From positions 7,440,001-7,504,000 of the forward strand of contig CM068750.1 of assembly GCA_035084275.1 (NCBI GenBank): a DNA stretch of 64,000 nt, given 5' to 3'. The notes beneath the pieces were generated by a model. It did no database searches. It was not told the DNA's origin and saw only the letters and a list, made by a program, of their open reading frames with translations. Position numbers and translations under genes: made by a program. Source of the DNA: Hydrolagus colliei. Its lineage: Eukaryota. Shown piece after piece: positions 60,290-64,000 of this stretch; the first letter of the stretch is position 1, and each line of letters begins with the position of its first letter.

Positions 60290-60680
60290 ACACCATGAAC
60301 AATCAATAATAATGTACACTCCTATGAAGTTTCTCACGTTGAGAAATTGCTTTACAAAGTCTGAGAGGGAGTATCGAGCTCGGAAGGTTTACGGTAGAGA
60401 GATGGCTGAAAACAGGCAAATCTTCAGACAGGATTTGAAAGCAGAGAGGGTAGAAGAGTGATGGAGAGATGCAAACTAACTTACCTGCCAATGGTAGGAT
60501 CGAGAGCAAGTATATGGAATGGCCAGTGAGGAGGGTGTAGTGTTACAGACATCACAAAGTGATGCAAGACTGTAGAGACATTTGAAGCTGAGGATTTGGA
60601 TAGTCGGGTATTTGTGGAGAGTGGAAATAGGTAGGGCAGCAAACAGGTTATTAGAAAAGTTATCCAGTAATCCAGGGTTC
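60290..60680 (-). mobile_element. Degraded L2 fragment
   Basis: LDNFSNNLFAALP and ILSFKCLYSLAS resemble L2 ORF2 motifs. Confidence 0.5.
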
Positions 60681-61862
60681 ACTTGTCAAGCAAAGTATTT
60701 ATTTCTTGCTCACAGCACTGAAACAGGTTCTTTGAGAATCATTACAAAGTAAAAGAGTTTTGATGGGATCATAAAGGAAGTAGAAACCCTGATCAATCTT
60801 GGATCATTCATAGAGGAGCATCCTTGGAAATTCCTCTTTGAATGCAGTCAATGCACTTTAGAGTATATCCTGTGAAGCAGTTTGGGATGTACTCCTGATG
60901 CGAAAGGCGCTGTGCCAAAGTAAGGATTATTTTTTTTTATTGACTCACGTCAAAGAAGCTACAAAAAGCAAGGAATTAAGCATGTTGCTCACGTACTCAA
61001 GTTAAATATTGGTGGTACTTCATCATCTCGACTGCTGTATTATGAATTCAACACAACAGCCAAATGTCAGTAGAGGAAATTAGCTACACAACTCAAGACC
61101 TTGTGATATATTAAAAGCAATCTTTTAAGAAGCATTGTCAAGAGAACCAAATATTCCATATACAGTATTGGGTTAGAATGTTATTCTTTAAACACCCAAA
61201 GGCTTGGTTGAAATCCAGCCCAAATTGATAGATCTAATAGTTATAAATTCCCTTTACACAAGAGTTCAATGTTTTCATTTCCTAGGGGAGAGGAGTGAAA
61301 ACTTAGTGCCAATAATTTGCCATTAAATAGATCACCTCCTTAAGGGAGTCCAAATTCAGGGAAGTCCAGGGGAATATGGAAAATGACAGTAGTCATTAGT
61401 AGTGCCTTAGTTTTCATCTGACTACTCTATCTAATCTGAGGAAGCAATAAGCAAAGGAAGTTGTAACAAATGTTGGGCCAGAATGGCCAGTATTGGGTTT
61501 GGGTTGGGATACAACCCGTTCTTCAAAATGCAAGAACCGCTTCTTGTCACAGGTTCTGAAAGCCATGGAATGCTTCCCGTGCTCAATCAAGGAACTGTGC
61601 GAGGTTACCGTTAGTACCTTAGTAGTTAAGTATTTAACTTTTCCCCTCTCCTCCACACCTCCATTCCTCAACTAACAGCGTAGGTAGATTATTTTCTCCC
61701 AGCTCTCTGCCAACACTGCTTCGTGACCAGCTGCCATCTGGTGTGTTCAGGCAGGTCGGATTGATTATCTTGCTTAATTTTTCCACTGTTCCCATGGCAA
61801 AACGTTCACTTGATCTTTCCTCTTAATAAGAGCAAACGCCAGGAAACCATCATGTCGAGAAT

Positions 61863-62160
61863 TTGGAGTCTTACAAGCGTGAGACCCGTGTTCGAATCCA
61901 GGCAGGTCAGGGCGAAACCTTGGGTAAGTTTCCTTACTCCACATGCCGAATAATAACCCCTCGAAAAAAACAATAATAAAATTGGTCATTTCAATCGCCG
62001 ACTGTTTGTAGGACACTGCTGTGCGTAATTGGCTGCCATGTTTCGCCCACAAATATTCAGTCAATTTACTTTACATTACATTCTGTGAAGCGCTTTGAGA
62101 TGTATAGAAGATGTGAAAAGCCCTAGAACAAATTCAAGGATTATTATTATTATTAATAAT
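61863..62160 (+). mobile_element. SINE family A lacking the A-box region
   Basis: tggagtc runs straight into ttacaagcg; B box gttcgaatcc, body and (tta)n tail intact. Confidence 0.9.
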
Positions 62161-62455
62161 AGCAATTGTTCCTGCTAAAGAGTGAGGCTGCCCAAACACA
62201 CCCTCCAGTCATCCAGGTCAGGAAACCACAGCACCTAAACAAACATATTCCGCAAGTAGACTGAAACAACCTGATCAGGGAACTGTAGAAATTCACACCA
62301 CAGAAGGCACCCTTACCCATGCAAATATCCCAGCATCTCAATATTTCATCACATCTATTCAGCAACTTTCATCAACATTTTCAGTAGTCGGGTCGTTCAA
62401 CACCACAGAAGCAACAATAAAATAAATAACTTATGACAGTCTAGAATTTCACATA

Positions 62456-62730
62456 TGGGGCTTTCCCATGGCTTAGGAAGTAAATGCACCATATGGTGAT
62501 ATTGAGCCATACAGATTAACAAAGTTCTAGGTTTGATCCCTGGTCTATGCTAATGATCCCAGTTGTAAATGCATTACGGCTAGTGGCCTCGGGACTTGAG
62601 GCTGAGATGGAAGGGAATGGAATAAGAGAGGAAGTGTCAAGGAAACACTGATGATCAGGCTTTGATAGAATACCCAAAGGGTCAAATATTCTGATTCTCT
62701 GCCAACCCTGTGCTCAAATGTAGGCATACA
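62456..62730 (+). mobile_element. Old SINE-like family B copy including tRNA-like head
   Basis: tggcttagg (A-box-like)...ggtttgatccc (B-box-like) followed by blocks shared with other family B copies. Confidence 0.5.
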
Positions 62731-63282
62731 TATACAGTATTTCAGAATTTTATCTACCACAACCAGCATGCTGATCTATCACAGAAGTCATAAGCAAAAC
62801 ATGATCAGATTATATAAATTTCAGTTTGTCCCTCTATGGCATTAATAATTCCAGAAGCACACAGAGTTGTTCATACGTTATTTTAAAATATTTTATTCTA
62901 GTCATTGGATTTTATCAGCTCTAAGCAACTGCTGGTAATGAGAAACAAAGAAGCCAATGCAGCAGCCAAACAGGAAAGGCTGGAGGGCATGTGATTGCAC
63001 CTGGTGAAAGCTTCCATGAGACATTCATTTGGGGCTTGGGCTCAAATTGAGATGCTCATAATATATATTTTTCCTGGAAAAGAGCCAGGAGCAATATGTG
63101 ATTTACAGCATAGCTTTATGTTACAGCCAGTGCTGGATGGGACAATAAAATGAATCCTGCAGTTGGGGAATATCTAACTTTGGGCAAATACTCCTTCCTT
63201 GTTTCTGGCCTTAAGATGAGCAATTACAAGGAAGGGGGGGTGGGGGGGTGAGGCAGGGTTGGGATGAGGGAAGGCAAAGAGG

Positions 63283-63490
63283 TAACATAGGAACATAAAT
63301 AGGCCTTTCAGCCATTCAAGCCTGTTGCACCATTCTATAATCATGGCTAATCTGTACCTCAACTCTAAATAACCACTCTTGCTCTGTATTCCTTGATACC
63401 CTGACCTAACAAATATCTATCTACCACAGTCTGGAAAATTTGAATAGATCCACAACTACTGCCTTTTGGGCGAAGAGAGTTCCATACAGT
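63283..63490 (-). mobile_element. CR1 3' end
   Basis: aacataggaacata...cagccattcaagcctg...atcatggct is the reverse complement of the tail at 5555-5638. Confidence 0.78.
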
Positions 63491-64000
63491 TGAACATGGT
63501 CAGGTGCACGGCAGATAATAGCATCCAATTCTCAATTGAAATCTGATCTGAAGGAGCCACAACAAAGTTTAACCCAACATCATTAAGATGTCATATCCTA
63601 CCAGTTCCAATCAAGAATTTAATTGAACAAAGGAAAATTTCAACACCCCCCTCACATCCATGATTTCCACTTGAACAATAGTTTCCAATGCTTAGAACCA
63701 TGACCCCAGCCAAACTCATTCTTAAGATAGTTTTGCTTTACTATTTCGGGCTGAGCTGAATTTCTGGTGTAGATAATTGATGAAGCCACTTCTGCAACAT
63801 GCACATTTTAGTCCAAATTCCTCACAAGCATTCTTTAAAACTCATTAAGATAAGGTCAATATTTTCAGTTGGAACATCTTATCTCAATATCTGACACTCC
63901 AAGAATGCAAATGAAGCTGTTTCCCTCAGACAATTTGTGCAATCTGAGTACCAAATGTAGATCCACATGTCGAGATGCTCACCAAAGGCCTATTGAACTG

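Overview
Vertebrate genomic DNA, most likely a cartilaginous fish (inferred from the SINE/CR1/L2 repertoire and protein divergence), with three protein-coding genes. (1) The 3' end of a SOCS4/5-family gene, most like SOCS4 (+, SH2 and SOCS box, stop at 498-500). (2) A complete, in-frame seven-exon organic solute transporter alpha (OST-alpha/SLC51A)-like gene (-, 12869..6561, 310 aa) with the GPCCCCC motif. The ORF track shows it only as fragments; I rebuilt it by hand from GT-AG junctions. (3) Exons 2-21 of alpha-actinin-1 (-, 55562..19697; exon 1 lies outside the window). ACTN1 retains both mutually exclusive exon pairs, 8a/8b and NM/SM, with readable splicing-control elements: distant branch points, AG-exclusion zones and RBFOX/RBPMS/NOVA-type motifs. 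Its intron 8 also holds several candidate stop-containing cryptic exons. The rest is tRNA-derived SINEs, CR1 and L2 LINE fragments, a TA-flanked MITE and microsatellites. Exon coordinates were read by eye and checked by phase and length; repeat boundaries are approximate; no database searches were run.
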